From contig JAVJSW010000046.1 of assembly GCA_040219255.1 (NCBI GenBank), forward strand, positions 96,001 to 160,000: a DNA stretch of 64,000 nucleotides, written 5' to 3'. Every line of letters starts with the position of its first letter. Position 1 is the stretch's first letter. Positions 8,108 through 18,895 of this stretch are shown piece by piece. The notes under the pieces were generated by a model, which worked only from the letters and a program-made list of their open reading frames with translations, made no database searches and was not told where the DNA came from. The position numbers and the translations under genes were made by a program. Source of the stretch: Sumerlaeia bacterium (GTDB lineage Bacteria; Sumerlaeota; Sumerlaeia; SLMS01; JAHLLQ01).

Positions 8108-9693
8108 CCCCGCCGCCGTCCCCGCTCACGCCGCCCCAAAGCCTCCGCCGCCTCCTCACCGAAGCCAACCTGATGGTCGAGGACCTCACCGGCGATGCCG
8201 ATGTCCCGGTCACCGACCTGACCCATCGCGCCCAGCAAACGCAGCGCGGAGGGCTCTTCATCGCCATCAAGGGCCACAGCGCCGACGGGCACCTGATGAT
8301 CTCGGACGCGGTGCAGCGCGGTGCCCGATCGATCGTCACGGAGCGCGCCATTCCTCCCTATCCGGGCGTGACCGTCGTTCAGGTCAAGGATACACGGCAA
8401 GCCCTCGGGCGCCTGGCACAAGCCTTTCACGGCCATCCCTCCCGCGGCATGACCATCGCCGGCGTCACCGGCACCAACGGCAAGAGCACCGTCGTCGGCC
8501 TGATCCACACGATCTGGGAGAGCGCGGGCCTGAAGGCCGGGCGCGCCGGGACCCTTGGCACGGCGTGGGGCGAAAAGGATTTCGACCACGGCACCACGAC
8601 ACCCGACGCTTTGTTCCTGGCGCAAAGTATGGCCGCCATGGCCGCCGAGGGCGTCACCCATCTGGCCATGGAAGTCAGCAGCCACGCCATCGACCAGGCT
8701 CGCGTCGCGGGCGTTCCGATGCACGCCGGCGTCTTTACCAACATCAGCCAGGACCACCTCGATTACCACGGCGATTTCCCCACCTACATCGGGGTCAAGC
8801 GCCGCCTGTTCTTCGATTACGTCGAGCCTTCCGGCGGCGTGTCGGTCCTCAATATCGAGGACCCGGTGGGGGAGGAACTGGCCTTCAGTCTGCCGGGCCG
8901 GCGGATGACCTTCAGCCATCGCGACAACAACAGCGCCGCCGATCTGCGCGCCGAAAACGTCTTCATGAGCCCCGGTGGCACACGCTTCACGCTCCATCGC
9001 CGCCTGCCAAACGGCAAAGTGGAAACCGCCCAGGTGGCGACCAGCCTGATCGGCGAGTTCAACGTCAGCAACATGCTCGCCGCCGCCGGAGCCTGTCTGG
9101 GCCTGGGAATGGAACTGCCGCGGATCGCGAAGGGGCTCTCGCAAGCTCGCTGTGTCGCCGGGCGCTTCGAGCAAGTCCATGAAGGCCAGCCCTTCAGTGT
9201 GATCGTCGATTACGCCCACACGCCGGACGCGCTCGAGAAGGTTCTCCGGACCGCCCGCCGCATCACCGCCGGGCGCCTGATCACCGTGTTCGGCTGCGGC
9301 GGCGACCGCGACCGCTCGAAGCGCCCCCTGATGGGCCGGACGGCGGCCCGCTATTCCGATTACGTGATCCTGACCAGCGACAACCCCCGCACGGAAGATC
9401 CGGAAGAAATCGCCCGCCAGGCACTCGCCGGTCTGCAAGCGGAAGCCGAACGGCCGGGCCGCTATCAGGTCGTCCTGGACCGCGCCAACGCGATCGAACG
9501 CGCCATCCAACTCGCCCAGCCCGGTGACTGCGTCATGATCGCTGGCAAGGGTCACGAAACCTATCAGCAAATCGGCACCACCCGCCATCCCTTCGACGAC
9601 CGCCAGGCCGCCCGCGACATCCTGCAATCTTTGGCCGATTCCTGGCGCACCGCACCGCGTTCGTCCTGGCGCCCCGAGGAGGCGACGGGATAA
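8104..9693 (+). CDS. murE: UDP-MurNAc-Ala-Glu--2,6-diaminopimelate ligase
   Basis: GVTGTNGKST, TTP, MEVSSH, DHLDYH, DYAHTPD, GCGGDRD, DNPR (mDAP-specific), AGKGHE. Confidence 0.97.
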   Translation: MTPPPSPLTPPQSLRRLLTEANLMVEDLTGDADVPVTDLTHRAQQTQRGGLFIAIKGHSADGHLMISDAVQRGARSIVTERAIPPYPGVTVVQVKDTRQALGRLAQAFHGHPSRGMTIAGVTGTNGKSTVVGLIHTIWESAGLKAGRAGTLGTAWGEKDFDHGTTTPDALFLAQSMAAMAAEGVTHLAMEVSSHAIDQARVAGVPMHAGVFTNISQDHLDYHGDFPTYIGVKRRLFFDYVEPSGGVSVLNIEDPVGEELAFSLPGRRMTFSHRDNNSAADLRAENVFMSPGGTRFTLHRRLPNGKVETAQVATSLIGEFNVSNMLAAAGACLGLGMELPRIAKGLSQARCVAGRFEQVHEGQPFSVIVDYAHTPDALEKVLRTARRITAGRLITVFGCGGDRDRSKRPLMGRTAARYSDYVILTSDNPRTEDPEEIARQALAGLQAEAERPGRYQVVLDRANAIERAIQLAQPGDCVMIAGKGHETYQQIGTTRHPFDDRQAARDILQSLADSWRTAPRSSWRPEEATG

Positions 9694-11123
9694 TGGAGAA
9701 CTGGGCCTTCGATCTGACCCTGGCGGAAGCCGCCGAAGCCACCCGGGGCCGCATCCTGGCGGGGGACCCTTATTTGCGGCTGGGCGAGATCGGCACCGAT
9801 ACGCGCACTCTCGCCGCCGGCCAGACCTACCTGCCGATCGTGGGCGAGAATTTCGACGGCCACGATTTCTTGCCCCAAGCCGTGGCCGCCGGGGCCAACG
9901 CTCTGATCGCCCAGCACCCGCCCAACGATCCGCCATCACACATCGCCGTCCTCCAGGTCGAAGACACCACCCGGGCCTACGGTCACATCGCCCGCGCCCA
10001 TCGCCGGAAAATGGGAACGAGAATGCTGGCCCTGTCCGGCTCGAGCGGTAAAACTACCACTAAAGAAATGATGGCTTCCGTCCTGCGCCAGGAGGGGGAA
10101 GTGCTCGCCACGGAAGGTAACCTGAACAACCACATCGGCGTTCCGCGCACGCTGCTGCGCCTGACTCCGGATCACGATTTCGCCGTCATCGAGACCGGCA
10201 TGAACCACGCCGGTGAGTTGAACTGGCTGGTCGAGGTCGCCGAGCCGCACGCTGGCCTCCTGACCCACGTCGGCGACGCTCACATCGGAAACTTCGGCGG
10301 CTCGCGAGAAGGTATCGCTGCCGCCAAGGCGGAATTGATCCACGGCCTGCCCGCCGGGGCCCCCGCCATCCTGAACGCCGACTGCCCCTACGGCGTCCGC
10401 CTCGCGAACGAAATCGCCGGGCGCCGGGACGTGATTTTGTTCGGCGAGTCGCCAAGTACCGACGTCCGCGCGGCTAACATCGCGGCCCTCGCCGATGGCC
10501 GGGGCTATCGATTCGACCTGCAAATCGAGGGCGAATCGGCCCCCGTGGAACTGCAAGTCTTCGGCCTCTATCAAGTCAGCAACGCCCTCGCCGCCGCCGC
10601 CGGTTGCCATTGGTTCGGCCTCGGCGCCGATACCATCGCCCACGGGCTGAGCCGCTTCGCCGCCCCCAAAATGCGTTCCGAACGCGAAGTCATCGCCGGC
10701 GTTACCGTCATCGCCGATTGCTACAACGCCTCGCCGAGCGCCACCCGCGCCGCGATGAAGAGCTTCGCCACTCTCCCCGTCGAGGGCCGCCGCGTTTTGC
10801 TCCTCGGGGATCTGTTCGAACTCGGCGACGCCGCCGAGGAGCATCACCGCCAACTCGGCCGCGACGCCGCCGCGCTGCACTTCGACCGCTTCGTGTGCTA
10901 CGGCCCTCAGGCCCGGTGGATGGCGGAAAGCGCTCTGGCCGACGGGCTGCCCACCGATCATTTCCTCGACCCGGCGCTCGCGGCCCATCGGCTGCGCGAA
11001 CTTCTCGCCCCCGGCGACGCGCTGCTCGCCAAGGGCTCCCGCGGCGCCCGCCTCGAACGTGTTCTGGAAGAATACCGCGGACTCGTACAGCCTCCGCCCG
11101 CACCGGCGGAGGCCCACTCGTGA
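9693..11123 (+). CDS. murF: UDP-MurNAc-tripeptide--D-Ala-D-Ala ligase
   Basis: GSSGKTTTKE, NLNNHIGVP, E.GMNHAGE, DCYNASP, KGSRG. Confidence 0.97.
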   Translation: MENWAFDLTLAEAAEATRGRILAGDPYLRLGEIGTDTRTLAAGQTYLPIVGENFDGHDFLPQAVAAGANALIAQHPPNDPPSHIAVLQVEDTTRAYGHIARAHRRKMGTRMLALSGSSGKTTTKEMMASVLRQEGEVLATEGNLNNHIGVPRTLLRLTPDHDFAVIETGMNHAGELNWLVEVAEPHAGLLTHVGDAHIGNFGGSREGIAAAKAELIHGLPAGAPAILNADCPYGVRLANEIAGRRDVILFGESPSTDVRAANIAALADGRGYRFDLQIEGESAPVELQVFGLYQVSNALAAAAGCHWFGLGADTIAHGLSRFAAPKMRSEREVIAGVTVIADCYNASPSATRAAMKSFATLPVEGRRVLLLGDLFELGDAAEEHHRQLGRDAAALHFDRFVCYGPQARWMAESALADGLPTDHFLDPALAAHRLRELLAPGDALLAKGSRGARLERVLEEYRGLVQPPPAPAEAHS

Positions 11124-12253
11124 TTCCCTGGCTCGCCGACGTTCTCGGTTCCGAAAGCGACTCGTTTTTTCGAATCGGAACCTATATCACCGTGCGCTTC
11201 GCCGCGGCTCTTTTTACGGCTTTTCTCCTCTGTCTGCTCTTCGGGCCATGGGCGATCGCCGGCTTGCGACGTTTGAAGTTCGGCCAACCAGTTCGCGACT
11301 CGCAGGGCGAAAACGCCGTCAGCCTCCTCGACATGCATGCTTCCAAGGTCGGCACCCCCACCATGGGCGGCTTGCTGATGGTGGCTGCGATGCTGGTGGC
11401 CGTGCTTTTCTTTGGCGACTTGCGATCCCCGGCCCTCCTGCTCGGGCTCTTCGCGGCGGTCGGTTATGGCGCCATCGGGTTCGCCGACGACTGGCTCAAG
11501 GTCAGCAAGAAGAACTTCGCCGGACTCTCCGCCCGGGGCAAACTCCTGGCCCAGGGCGCCATCGGTCTCGTCTTCGGCGCCATTTGCGTTTATCTCCTGA
11601 CCGGGAACACTGTTTACGAACACGGTCAGACCGGCGGGGGAGACCTCGTCGCCCTTCCTTTCTTTAAAGACGCTTTTTTTCGCCTCGGAATCCTCTATTT
11701 GCCCTTCGCCGCCTTTGTCTTAATGGCGACCAGCAACGCCGTTAACTTGACCGACGGATTGGACGGCCTCGCCTCCGGCGTGACTCTCACGGTGGCCCTC
11801 AGCCTCGCCGTCGCGGCGTACCTGGTGGGCCGCGTCGACGCCAGCGCCTACCTCCTCATTCCCCACGTCGAAGGCGCCGGCGAATTGAGCGTCCTCCTCG
11901 CCGCGCTTTCCGGAGCCTGTCTCGGTTTTCTCTGGTTCAACGCCCCCCCGGCGAAAGTCTTCATGGGCGATACCGGATCGATGATGATCGGCGGACTTCT
12001 GGGTGCCGTGGCGCTTCTCATCAAGCAGGAGTTCCTCCTCGTCGTGGCGGGCGGGGTGTTCGTGGCGGAAGCGCTCAGCGTGATGATTCAGGTGAGCAGT
12101 TATAAACTCCGGAAGAAGCGGGTTTTTCTGATGTCGCCTTTGCATCACCACTACGAAAAGCTGGGGATCGCGGAGTCGCAAATAATTGTGCGTTTTTGGA
12201 TCATTTCCCTCTTGCTCTCGCTCGCTGCATTAAGCATTCTCAAGTTACGATAA
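11120..12253 (+). CDS. mraY: Phospho-N-acetylmuramoyl-pentapeptide transferase
   Basis: KVGTPTMGG, GFADD, NAVNLTDGLDGLA, FMGDTGS, PLHHHYE; GTG at 11120 overlaps murF stop. Confidence 0.97.
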   Translation: MIPWLADVLGSESDSFFRIGTYITVRFAAALFTAFLLCLLFGPWAIAGLRRLKFGQPVRDSQGENAVSLLDMHASKVGTPTMGGLLMVAAMLVAVLFFGDLRSPALLLGLFAAVGYGAIGFADDWLKVSKKNFAGLSARGKLLAQGAIGLVFGAICVYLLTGNTVYEHGQTGGGDLVALPFFKDAFFRLGILYLPFAAFVLMATSNAVNLTDGLDGLASGVTLTVALSLAVAAYLVGRVDASAYLLIPHVEGAGELSVLLAALSGACLGFLWFNAPPAKVFMGDTGSMMIGGLLGAVALLIKQEFLLVVAGGVFVAEALSVMIQVSSYKLRKKRVFLMSPLHHHYEKLGIAESQIIVRFWIISLLLSLAALSILKLR

Positions 12254-12472
12254 GGCGTTTGATAGCGCGAAATTCCGCCCCGCGAGGAGGTGCCGTCTTC
12301 TTTTTCGTTCGACATACCGGCCGAGTCCTTCCCCTCGACCGCATCCAAGCCCACTGAAACCGTTACCGTTCCACCCGCTGTTTCGTTCCGATCCGCTGAA
12401 CTCCCTGTTCGTTTCTCGAGCTGCCTTCGAGAAACCGCTCCCTTTCCTGATACGCTCCCGGAGGTCCCTCTC

Positions 12473-13864
12473 ATGCTGTCCCTGTCCCTGTCTCAACGAC
12501 CCAAGTTCCCCTACCAACGCGTCTGCGTCTTCGGTGCCGCCCGCTCTGGCGTCGGTGCCATGGCTCTTCTCCGCCACCACGGAATCGAAGTCGTCCTCTG
12601 CGACGAAAAACCGGCCATGGAGTTCCGCTCCCTCATCCGCCGGCTCCGCCGCTCCTACGTCACCTTCTACTTCGGCAACATCGACGCCTCCGTCCTCGAC
12701 GGATGCGACGCCCTCGTCACCAGCCCCGGCATCCCGCTCGAGCACTGGCTGAACCAGGAAGCCCTCAACCGCCACATTCCGATCATCTCGGAAGTCGAAC
12801 TCGCCTCCTATTACGCCGGCTCGCCCATCTGCGCCATCACCGGCACCAACGGCAAGACGACGACCACGACCCTGACTGGCCAGATCATGGCCGACGCGGG
12901 CCACAACGCCGTGGTCAGCGGCAACATCGGCCGCGCCTTCTCCGATGGCGTTCTCGCCAGCCAGGACCAGAGCCGCGACACGCTTCTGATCACCGAAGTC
13001 TCCAGCTTCCAGCTCGAGTGCGTCGAAATCTTCCACCCCCACGTCGCCACGATCCTCAATTTCAGCCGCGCCCACGAAGACCGCTACCCCGACATGCGCG
13101 ACTACGTGGAAGCAAAATATCGCATCACCACGAACCAGGACGAGAACGATTTCCTGGTGCTGAACGCCGACGATCCGCTGTGCGTGCGCCTGGCCGAGGA
13201 CTCCTGCGCCCAGGTCTTCTGGTTCTCCATGAAGAAGCCCGTCGAACGCGGCGCCTACGTCGATGGCGAGACGATCTATCTCGTCGAAGACGGCCAGAAA
13301 ATCCCCATGTGCACCGTGAAGGACGTTCCCATTCCCGGCACCCACAACATCGAAAACACCCTGGCCGCCGTCGTCATGGCGCGCCGCATGGGCGCCGAGG
13401 TGGACAGCATCCTGCGCACCCTGCGCAAGTTCAAAGGCGTCGAACACCGCTGCGAATACGTCGGTAAGAGCAAGGACGGCGTGCTGTTCTACAACGACAG
13501 CAAGGCGACCAACATCGACAGCCTGGAGAAAGCCCTCCTGTCCTTCGACAAGCCCATCGTGCTCGTCGCCGGCGGCATGGAGCGCAACGCGGGCTATGAG
13601 CGCCTGTCGTCCCTGATCCGCGACAAGGTCAAGAAAGTCGTCCTCATCGGCGAAGTGGCCCCCAAGATCCAGAAATCCTGGGGCTCCATCGTGGAATGCG
13701 AACTGGCCAAAGGAATGGACGATGCCGTGAAGCGCGCTTCCGCTTCCGCCAAGGAAGGCGATATCGTGCTCTTGTCGCCCGCCGCCCCTAGCTGGGATAT
13801 GTATAAGTCGTACGAGGAGCGGGGAAAGGAATATAAGAAGTACGTCCGCGCCGTTCTTCGTTGA
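12473..13864 (+). CDS. murD: UDP-MurNAc-L-Ala--D-Glu ligase
   Basis: TSPGIP, ITGTNGKTTT, GNIG, EVSSFQLE, NDSKATN, LLSPA..S.D; GGAGG RBS before ATG 12473. Confidence 0.96.
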   Translation: MLSLSLSQRPKFPYQRVCVFGAARSGVGAMALLRHHGIEVVLCDEKPAMEFRSLIRRLRRSYVTFYFGNIDASVLDGCDALVTSPGIPLEHWLNQEALNRHIPIISEVELASYYAGSPICAITGTNGKTTTTTLTGQIMADAGHNAVVSGNIGRAFSDGVLASQDQSRDTLLITEVSSFQLECVEIFHPHVATILNFSRAHEDRYPDMRDYVEAKYRITTNQDENDFLVLNADDPLCVRLAEDSCAQVFWFSMKKPVERGAYVDGETIYLVEDGQKIPMCTVKDVPIPGTHNIENTLAAVVMARRMGAEVDSILRTLRKFKGVEHRCEYVGKSKDGVLFYNDSKATNIDSLEKALLSFDKPIVLVAGGMERNAGYERLSSLIRDKVKKVVLIGEVAPKIQKSWGSIVECELAKGMDDAVKRASASAKEGDIVLLSPAAPSWDMYKSYEERGKEYKKYVRAVLR

Positions 13865-14022
13865 CATCGTGAAGCGTTGGGGGCGACCGGTTCGGTTGCT
13901 TCCCTTCTCGCCGATTGGCGGGCGGGTCGCCCCCAAACCTTTCCGCCGTTAAGGATCACTTCGTTCTCCCAGCGATTCGCTCTCCCCGTTCCCGCTTCCT
14001 TCCCGTCCCCGCTGAGGCCACC

Positions 14023-15210
14023 ATGCGTCTGCTCCCCGCCAACAGCACCGCGACCCTGATCGCCATTGTCACCGCCGCGCTCGTTTCTCTGGGCGTGGTG
14101 ATGGTTTATTCGGCCAGCGGCGCGCGGGCCGGGCTCGAGGAACGGCCCTCCGAATCGATCGTCGACGTCGAAACCGGCCTCTCCCACGAACGCGTTTATC
14201 ATCACAGTGCTTCCTACTTCGGCAAGCAGGTCTCCGGCGCCATCGTGGGCTTTCTTCTGCTCGTGGCGATCGTCCGCATGCCCCCGGAATGGATCGAACG
14301 CTCCGCTCCCTGGATCATGCTGGCGAGCCTCATCCTCATGGTACTGGTCGTGGCCACGCCCCTGGGCGTCACGGTCAAGGGCGCGAGGCGGTGGCTTCGC
14401 CTCGGGCCCATTGTTTTACAACCGGCCGAGTTCGCCAAGATCGGCCTGGTCGTCTTCATGGCTCACTTCCTGACCTCCCGGCGCGACCAAATCCAGGACT
14501 TCCTCCGCGGCTTCCTGCCCACCATGGCGATCTGGTGCGTTTTCGCCGGCCTGGTCGTGCTTCAGAAGGACCTCGGCACCATCATCCTCATGGGCGCCGT
14601 CATGCTCGGCATGTGGCTCATGGCCCGCATGCGCCTCAGCCACCTGGGCCTCCTGGTGGCCGCGTCGATCCCCGTGCTCATCTATCTGATCTTCCAGCAC
14701 ACCTACCGAATCAAACGCATCCTCGCCGTCTTCAACCCCGACGAGTACGCCATGACCTACGCCTACCAGCTCAACCAGTCGCTGATCGCCATCGGCAGCG
14801 GCGGGCTCTTTGGCCGGGGTCTCGGCGACGGGTTGCAGAAGTATCACTTCCTCAGCGAAGCCCACACCGACTTCATCTTCGCCATCGTGTGCGAAGAACT
14901 GGGCTTCATCGGCGCCGCCTCCGTCGTGCTGCTGTTCCTGGCGCTCGCGGTGCTCGGCTGCCGAGTGGCCTTCCGGGCGCCCGATTACTTTGGCAGCCTG
15001 GTGGCGGGGGGCCTGACGATGATGCTTTGCTGCGCGGCCTTTATCAACTTCTTCGTCGTCACCGGCATGGCGCCCACCAAAGGCCTCGCCCTTCCCTTTT
15101 TCACCTACGGCCGGTCGAGCATGATGGCCTCGTTGATCTCCATCGGGATCATTCTCAACATCGCCAACTACACGGCCATCAGCCGCGGGGGAGGGCGCGG
15201 GCCCTCATGA
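14023..15210 (+). CDS. ftsW: Peptidoglycan glycosyltransferase FtsW (SEDS)
   Basis: MVYSAS, GARRW, QPAEFAK, D.GT, EAHTDFIFA, P.KG..LPF..YG.SS. Confidence 0.96.
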   Translation: MRLLPANSTATLIAIVTAALVSLGVVMVYSASGARAGLEERPSESIVDVETGLSHERVYHHSASYFGKQVSGAIVGFLLLVAIVRMPPEWIERSAPWIMLASLILMVLVVATPLGVTVKGARRWLRLGPIVLQPAEFAKIGLVVFMAHFLTSRRDQIQDFLRGFLPTMAIWCVFAGLVVLQKDLGTIILMGAVMLGMWLMARMRLSHLGLLVAASIPVLIYLIFQHTYRIKRILAVFNPDEYAMTYAYQLNQSLIAIGSGGLFGRGLGDGLQKYHFLSEAHTDFIFAIVCEELGFIGAASVVLLFLALAVLGCRVAFRAPDYFGSLVAGGLTMMLCCAAFINFFVVTGMAPTKGLALPFFTYGRSSMMASLISIGIILNIANYTAISRGGGRGPS

Positions 15211-16400
15211 CGGCGCGGGATTTGGGCAAGACCAGGCGAGCGAAGCCCCGCGTGCTGATCGCGGCGGGAGGAACCGGCGGCCATGTGGCGCCGGCTCTTG
15301 CCGTTGGCGCGGCCCTCGTCGAATTGGGCGCCGAAGTGCGCTACCTCTCTGGCAATCGCCGCGCTGAGTTGCAGACCTATAGCTCGGAGAAGGTGAAGCC
15401 GGAAATCCTCGATCTCGAAGCCGCACCCCGCCTTTCCTTCACCTCGATCAAAGACTGGCGTAAGCTCTGGAAAGCCATCGGCGCCTGCAAATCCCTCTTC
15501 GCGGACTGGCAGCCCACGGTCCTGCTGGCCATGGGCGGCTACGTCTGTGTGCCCGCCATCATGGCGGCCAAGAGGGCGAAGGTTCCTTACTTCCTCCACG
15601 AGTCCAACGCCATCCCGGGCCGCGTGACGCGGAAGTACGCCGAGGGCGCCGCGAACGTTTTCCTGGGTATGGAAGGCGCCGCCGGGCACCTCTCGGCCAA
15701 GGCCCTGACCCAGGTCACCGGCACGCCCATCCGCCCCAGCCTGCTACACCGAGACCGTGCGCTGGCCTGCCAAGAGCTGGAGTTCGATCCCGCGAAACCG
15801 ACCCTGCTGGTTGTCGGCGGCAGTCAAGGCGCCCTGAAGCTGAACGACAATTTCGCGCAGGCCATCCCCTACATCTCCCGCGCCTTCAAGCAGGATGGAG
15901 CCTATCAGATTCTGTGGGCGACGGGTCCAACGCACCTGCTCGAAATGCAGCGCATGACCCGCGAGGACGTCATGGACGCGCGCGTCACCCTCAAAATAAT
16001 GGGCTACATCGAGGACATGGCGAGCGCCTACGCGGCCGCCGATGTGATCGTCAGCCGCGCCGGAGCCAGCACTCTGGCGGAGACGACCACCCTCGGCAAA
16101 GCCATGATTCTCGTTCCTTACCCGCACGCGAAGGACGATCATCAGCTCGAGAACGCCCGATTCCTGGCCGCCCGAGGCGCCGCTCAGGTCATCGAAGAGC
16201 GCTCGCTGCGACCCAAAGCCTTCGCCGAAGAGATTCTGGAATTGCTCACCGGCGACGAGCGCCGCGCCGCCATGGCGCAGGCCGCGAGCGAGCTGGGCCA
16301 GCAGAAGGCGGCTGAGCTGATCGCCGAATCCCTCCTTTCCTTTTGTCACACCGACGCCACCGTGCCTGCCAAACCCCCGACCGGAGCCCCCGAATCGTGA
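15207..16400 (+). CDS. murG: Lipid II N-acetylglucosaminyltransferase MurG
   Basis: GGTGGHV, GGY, HESN, GGSQGA, SRAGAST, HQLENA; ATGA overlap with ftsW. Confidence 0.96.
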   Translation: MTARDLGKTRRAKPRVLIAAGGTGGHVAPALAVGAALVELGAEVRYLSGNRRAELQTYSSEKVKPEILDLEAAPRLSFTSIKDWRKLWKAIGACKSLFADWQPTVLLAMGGYVCVPAIMAAKRAKVPYFLHESNAIPGRVTRKYAEGAANVFLGMEGAAGHLSAKALTQVTGTPIRPSLLHRDRALACQELEFDPAKPTLLVVGGSQGALKLNDNFAQAIPYISRAFKQDGAYQILWATGPTHLLEMQRMTREDVMDARVTLKIMGYIEDMASAYAAADVIVSRAGASTLAETTTLGKAMILVPYPHAKDDHQLENARFLAARGAAQVIEERSLRPKAFAEEILELLTGDERRAAMAQAASELGQQKAAELIAESLLSFCHTDATVPAKPPTGAPES

Positions 16401-17848
16401 TGACCCGCCCCTATACCATGGAATCGGCTCTGGACGGCCGGCTGCCCGCCTCGGCCCACTTGATCGGCATCGGCGGCGCCGGCATGAGCGCCATCGCCCG
16501 CGCACTCTTGGCGGCGAACGTCGTTGTCAGCGGCTCGGACGCGTGCGCGACGAGCGAATCTTGCCGCCAACTTAAGCTCCTAGGCGCCACCGTCTGGCAG
16601 GGCCACCGCGCCGAGAACCTCGCGGCGGAGGCCGACGTCGTGATCGTCAGCACCGCCATTCGGACCTCAAATCCGGAACTCGCCGCCGCCCGCGAGCGCA
16701 AACTTCCCGTCCTTCACCGCAGCCAGGGACTCGCCCTTTTCCTGCAGGGACGCGCGTCTTGTCTGGTGGCGGGAACGCACGGCAAGACCACCACGACAGC
16801 CATGCTGGCGCTCTGCCTAAGCGAAGGTGGCTTCGACCCACACGCCTTCGTCGGCGGTTCGGTACCCGCCTTCGGCGGCAACGTACGTCTGGGCAAGGGC
16901 AATTGGGCCGTGGCCGAAGCCGACGAAAGCGACGGCTCCTTCCGAAACCTGCCCGCCGATAACCTGATCGTCACGAACGTCGAGCCCGATCATCTCGACT
17001 ACTGGCGCACCGCCGAGCGCATGATGGGCGGCTACGTGGAGGTCTGCGAGCGCCTGCCCGCCAGCGGCACGCTGCTGATCTGCAGCGATGACCCCGGCGC
17101 CTGCGAGCTGCGAGAACGGCTCGACCGGCCGGCCCTGGCCTACGGGATCGAGCCGGGAATCGCGCACTACCACGCCGGCAATGTCGTTGAAGAACCCTTT
17201 CGCAGCCACTTCAACCTCTACGTCATGGGCAAGCGCGCCGGGCGGATCACCCTTGGCGTCCCCGGGCGCCAGAACATCCAGAACGCCGTCGGCGCCGCCG
17301 CCCTGGCTCTGCGCCTGGGGGCGAGCTTCAGCGCCATCGCCCGCGCCCTGGAAAACTTCCATGGGGTCGAGCGCCGGTTTCAGATCAAGGGCACGGAGGG
17401 CGGTGTCACGGTGATCGACGATTATGCCCATCACCCCACGGAAATCCGCGCCACGCTGGCCGCCGGGCGCCAGGCCCTGCGCGGCACGGACGGTCGTCTC
17501 ATCGCCGTTTTCCAGCCGCATCGCTACACTCGCACCCGCGATTTCCTGACCGAGTTCGCCGATTCCCTGACCGCCGCCGACCGCGTGATCCTGACGGACA
17601 TTTACGCCGCCAGCGAAGACCCCATCCCGGGTGTCGGCATCGATCGCCTGGCGGCCGATGTGGCGGCGACCCTTGGCGAACGCTGCCAATTGATCCGCGA
17701 CCGCTCGGCCATCGCCGAGGCGCTCGCGCCCGAACTTTCCGGGGGCGATCTCGTCCTGACCCTCGGCGCCGGTGACAACTGGCGCACCGCGGACGAACTC
17801 CTTTCCCAACTCGCAACCCTCTCTCTTCCCGCTGAACCCGCTGATTGA
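16400..17848 (+). CDS. murC: UDP-N-acetylmuramate--L-alanine ligase
   Basis: HLIGIGGAGMS, AGTHGKTTTT, EADESDGSF, DDYAHHPTEI, FQPHRYTRT. Confidence 0.97.
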   Translation: MTRPYTMESALDGRLPASAHLIGIGGAGMSAIARALLAANVVVSGSDACATSESCRQLKLLGATVWQGHRAENLAAEADVVIVSTAIRTSNPELAAARERKLPVLHRSQGLALFLQGRASCLVAGTHGKTTTTAMLALCLSEGGFDPHAFVGGSVPAFGGNVRLGKGNWAVAEADESDGSFRNLPADNLIVTNVEPDHLDYWRTAERMMGGYVEVCERLPASGTLLICSDDPGACELRERLDRPALAYGIEPGIAHYHAGNVVEEPFRSHFNLYVMGKRAGRITLGVPGRQNIQNAVGAAALALRLGASFSAIARALENFHGVERRFQIKGTEGGVTVIDDYAHHPTEIRATLAAGRQALRGTDGRLIAVFQPHRYTRTRDFLTEFADSLTAADRVILTDIYAASEDPIPGVGIDRLAADVAATLGERCQLIRDRSAIAEALAPELSGGDLVLTLGAGDNWRTADELLSQLATLSLPAEPAD

Positions 17849-17889
17849 TCCCGCCGATCGATTCCGCTGCCAGGAGGCCAACCCCGCCC

Positions 17890-18849
17890 ATGTCCAAAGT
17901 TCGCTCCAACCCTTACGTGACCGCGCTCAAGACCATCCCGGGTCTGCGCGTCACCCAGAACGCCAACCTGTCAAAGCGCACGTCGATGCGCATGCGCGCG
18001 CGCTGTGCCGCGCTGGCCGAGCCCCAGACGCCGGAAGCCCTCATGCGCACGGTGATCATGGCGCGCGATCTGAACTGGCCGCTGCTGATGCTCGGTCTCG
18101 GCAAGAACACCATCTTCGCCAACAGCTACTTCGACGGCATCGTGGTCATTCTTCCGATGAGCGGCTTCGGCCACTTCGAACGCCTCGATCGCAACGTGAT
18201 CAGTGTCGGCGCCGGCATGTCGCTGGGCGGGCTGCTGACCAAGATCAAGCGCGAGGGACTGATGGGGCTGGAGTTCATGACGAAAATCCCAGGCACTGTG
18301 GGCGGCTCGCTGGCGGGTAACGCCGGCGCGGGCGAGTTCGGCCTCTGCGATTTCGCCGAGCGCGTCCTCCTCATGACCCGCGACGGCGAGCTGGTCACCC
18401 TCCACCGCGGCGAGTACGAGTACGGCTATCGTAAGAGCGAACTGGCCGACTACATCGTCCTGGAAGCGGATTTCTACCTCGACCGGCTGGACCTGGACAA
18501 GTCGGAGAAGTTGGCTCAATATTACGCGGACAAGAAAAAAGGCCAGCCTTACAACGTGCCGTCGGCCGGCTGTATTTTCAAGAACCCGAAGAATCCCGAT
18601 TCGGGCGATCCCATCAGCGCCGGAAAGCTGATCGATCAACTCGGACTGAAGGGCTATCGCCTGAACGGCGTCGAAGTCAGCCCCGGACATGCGAACTTCC
18701 TGACGAATCCCGAGTCATGCGCCCGGGGCGAAGACCTTCTCGCCGCGATCCGCCTGCTCCAGGACTTCGTGCAGGACAAGTTCGGCATCGAACTCGAAAT
18801 CGAAGCCCGCATCGTCGGCGGCGGCATGACGACCTGCCGGATTCACTAA
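17890..18849 (+). CDS. murB: UDP-N-acetylenolpyruvoylglucosamine reductase
   Basis: GLEF...IPGTVGG...NAGA, YGYRKS, QP...PSAGCIFKNP, HANFL.N; AGGAGG RBS at 17872. Confidence 0.95.
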   Translation: MSKVRSNPYVTALKTIPGLRVTQNANLSKRTSMRMRARCAALAEPQTPEALMRTVIMARDLNWPLLMLGLGKNTIFANSYFDGIVVILPMSGFGHFERLDRNVISVGAGMSLGGLLTKIKREGLMGLEFMTKIPGTVGGSLAGNAGAGEFGLCDFAERVLLMTRDGELVTLHRGEYEYGYRKSELADYIVLEADFYLDRLDLDKSEKLAQYYADKKKGQPYNVPSAGCIFKNPKNPDSGDPISAGKLIDQLGLKGYRLNGVEVSPGHANFLTNPESCARGEDLLAAIRLLQDFVQDKFGIELEIEARIVGGGMTTCRIH

Positions 18850-18895
18850 GGCCCGCGGTTTCCGCGCCGCACAACCCCCGAAAGGACTCCGGCCC

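Noticed and set aside
12284-12472. Longer MurD start at GTG 12290
   Set aside because: GAGGAG abuts that GTG with no spacing; the extension is Ser/Pro-rich and non-homologous; ATG 12473 has a well-spaced GGAGG
14289-15206. Apparent 300-aa N-terminal extension or fusion on MurG (likewise MraY from 10604 and S6 from 43817)
   Set aside because: ORF-caller extension through overlapping genes or intergenic DNA; real starts at 15207, 11120 and 43451 show stop/start overlap or an RBS
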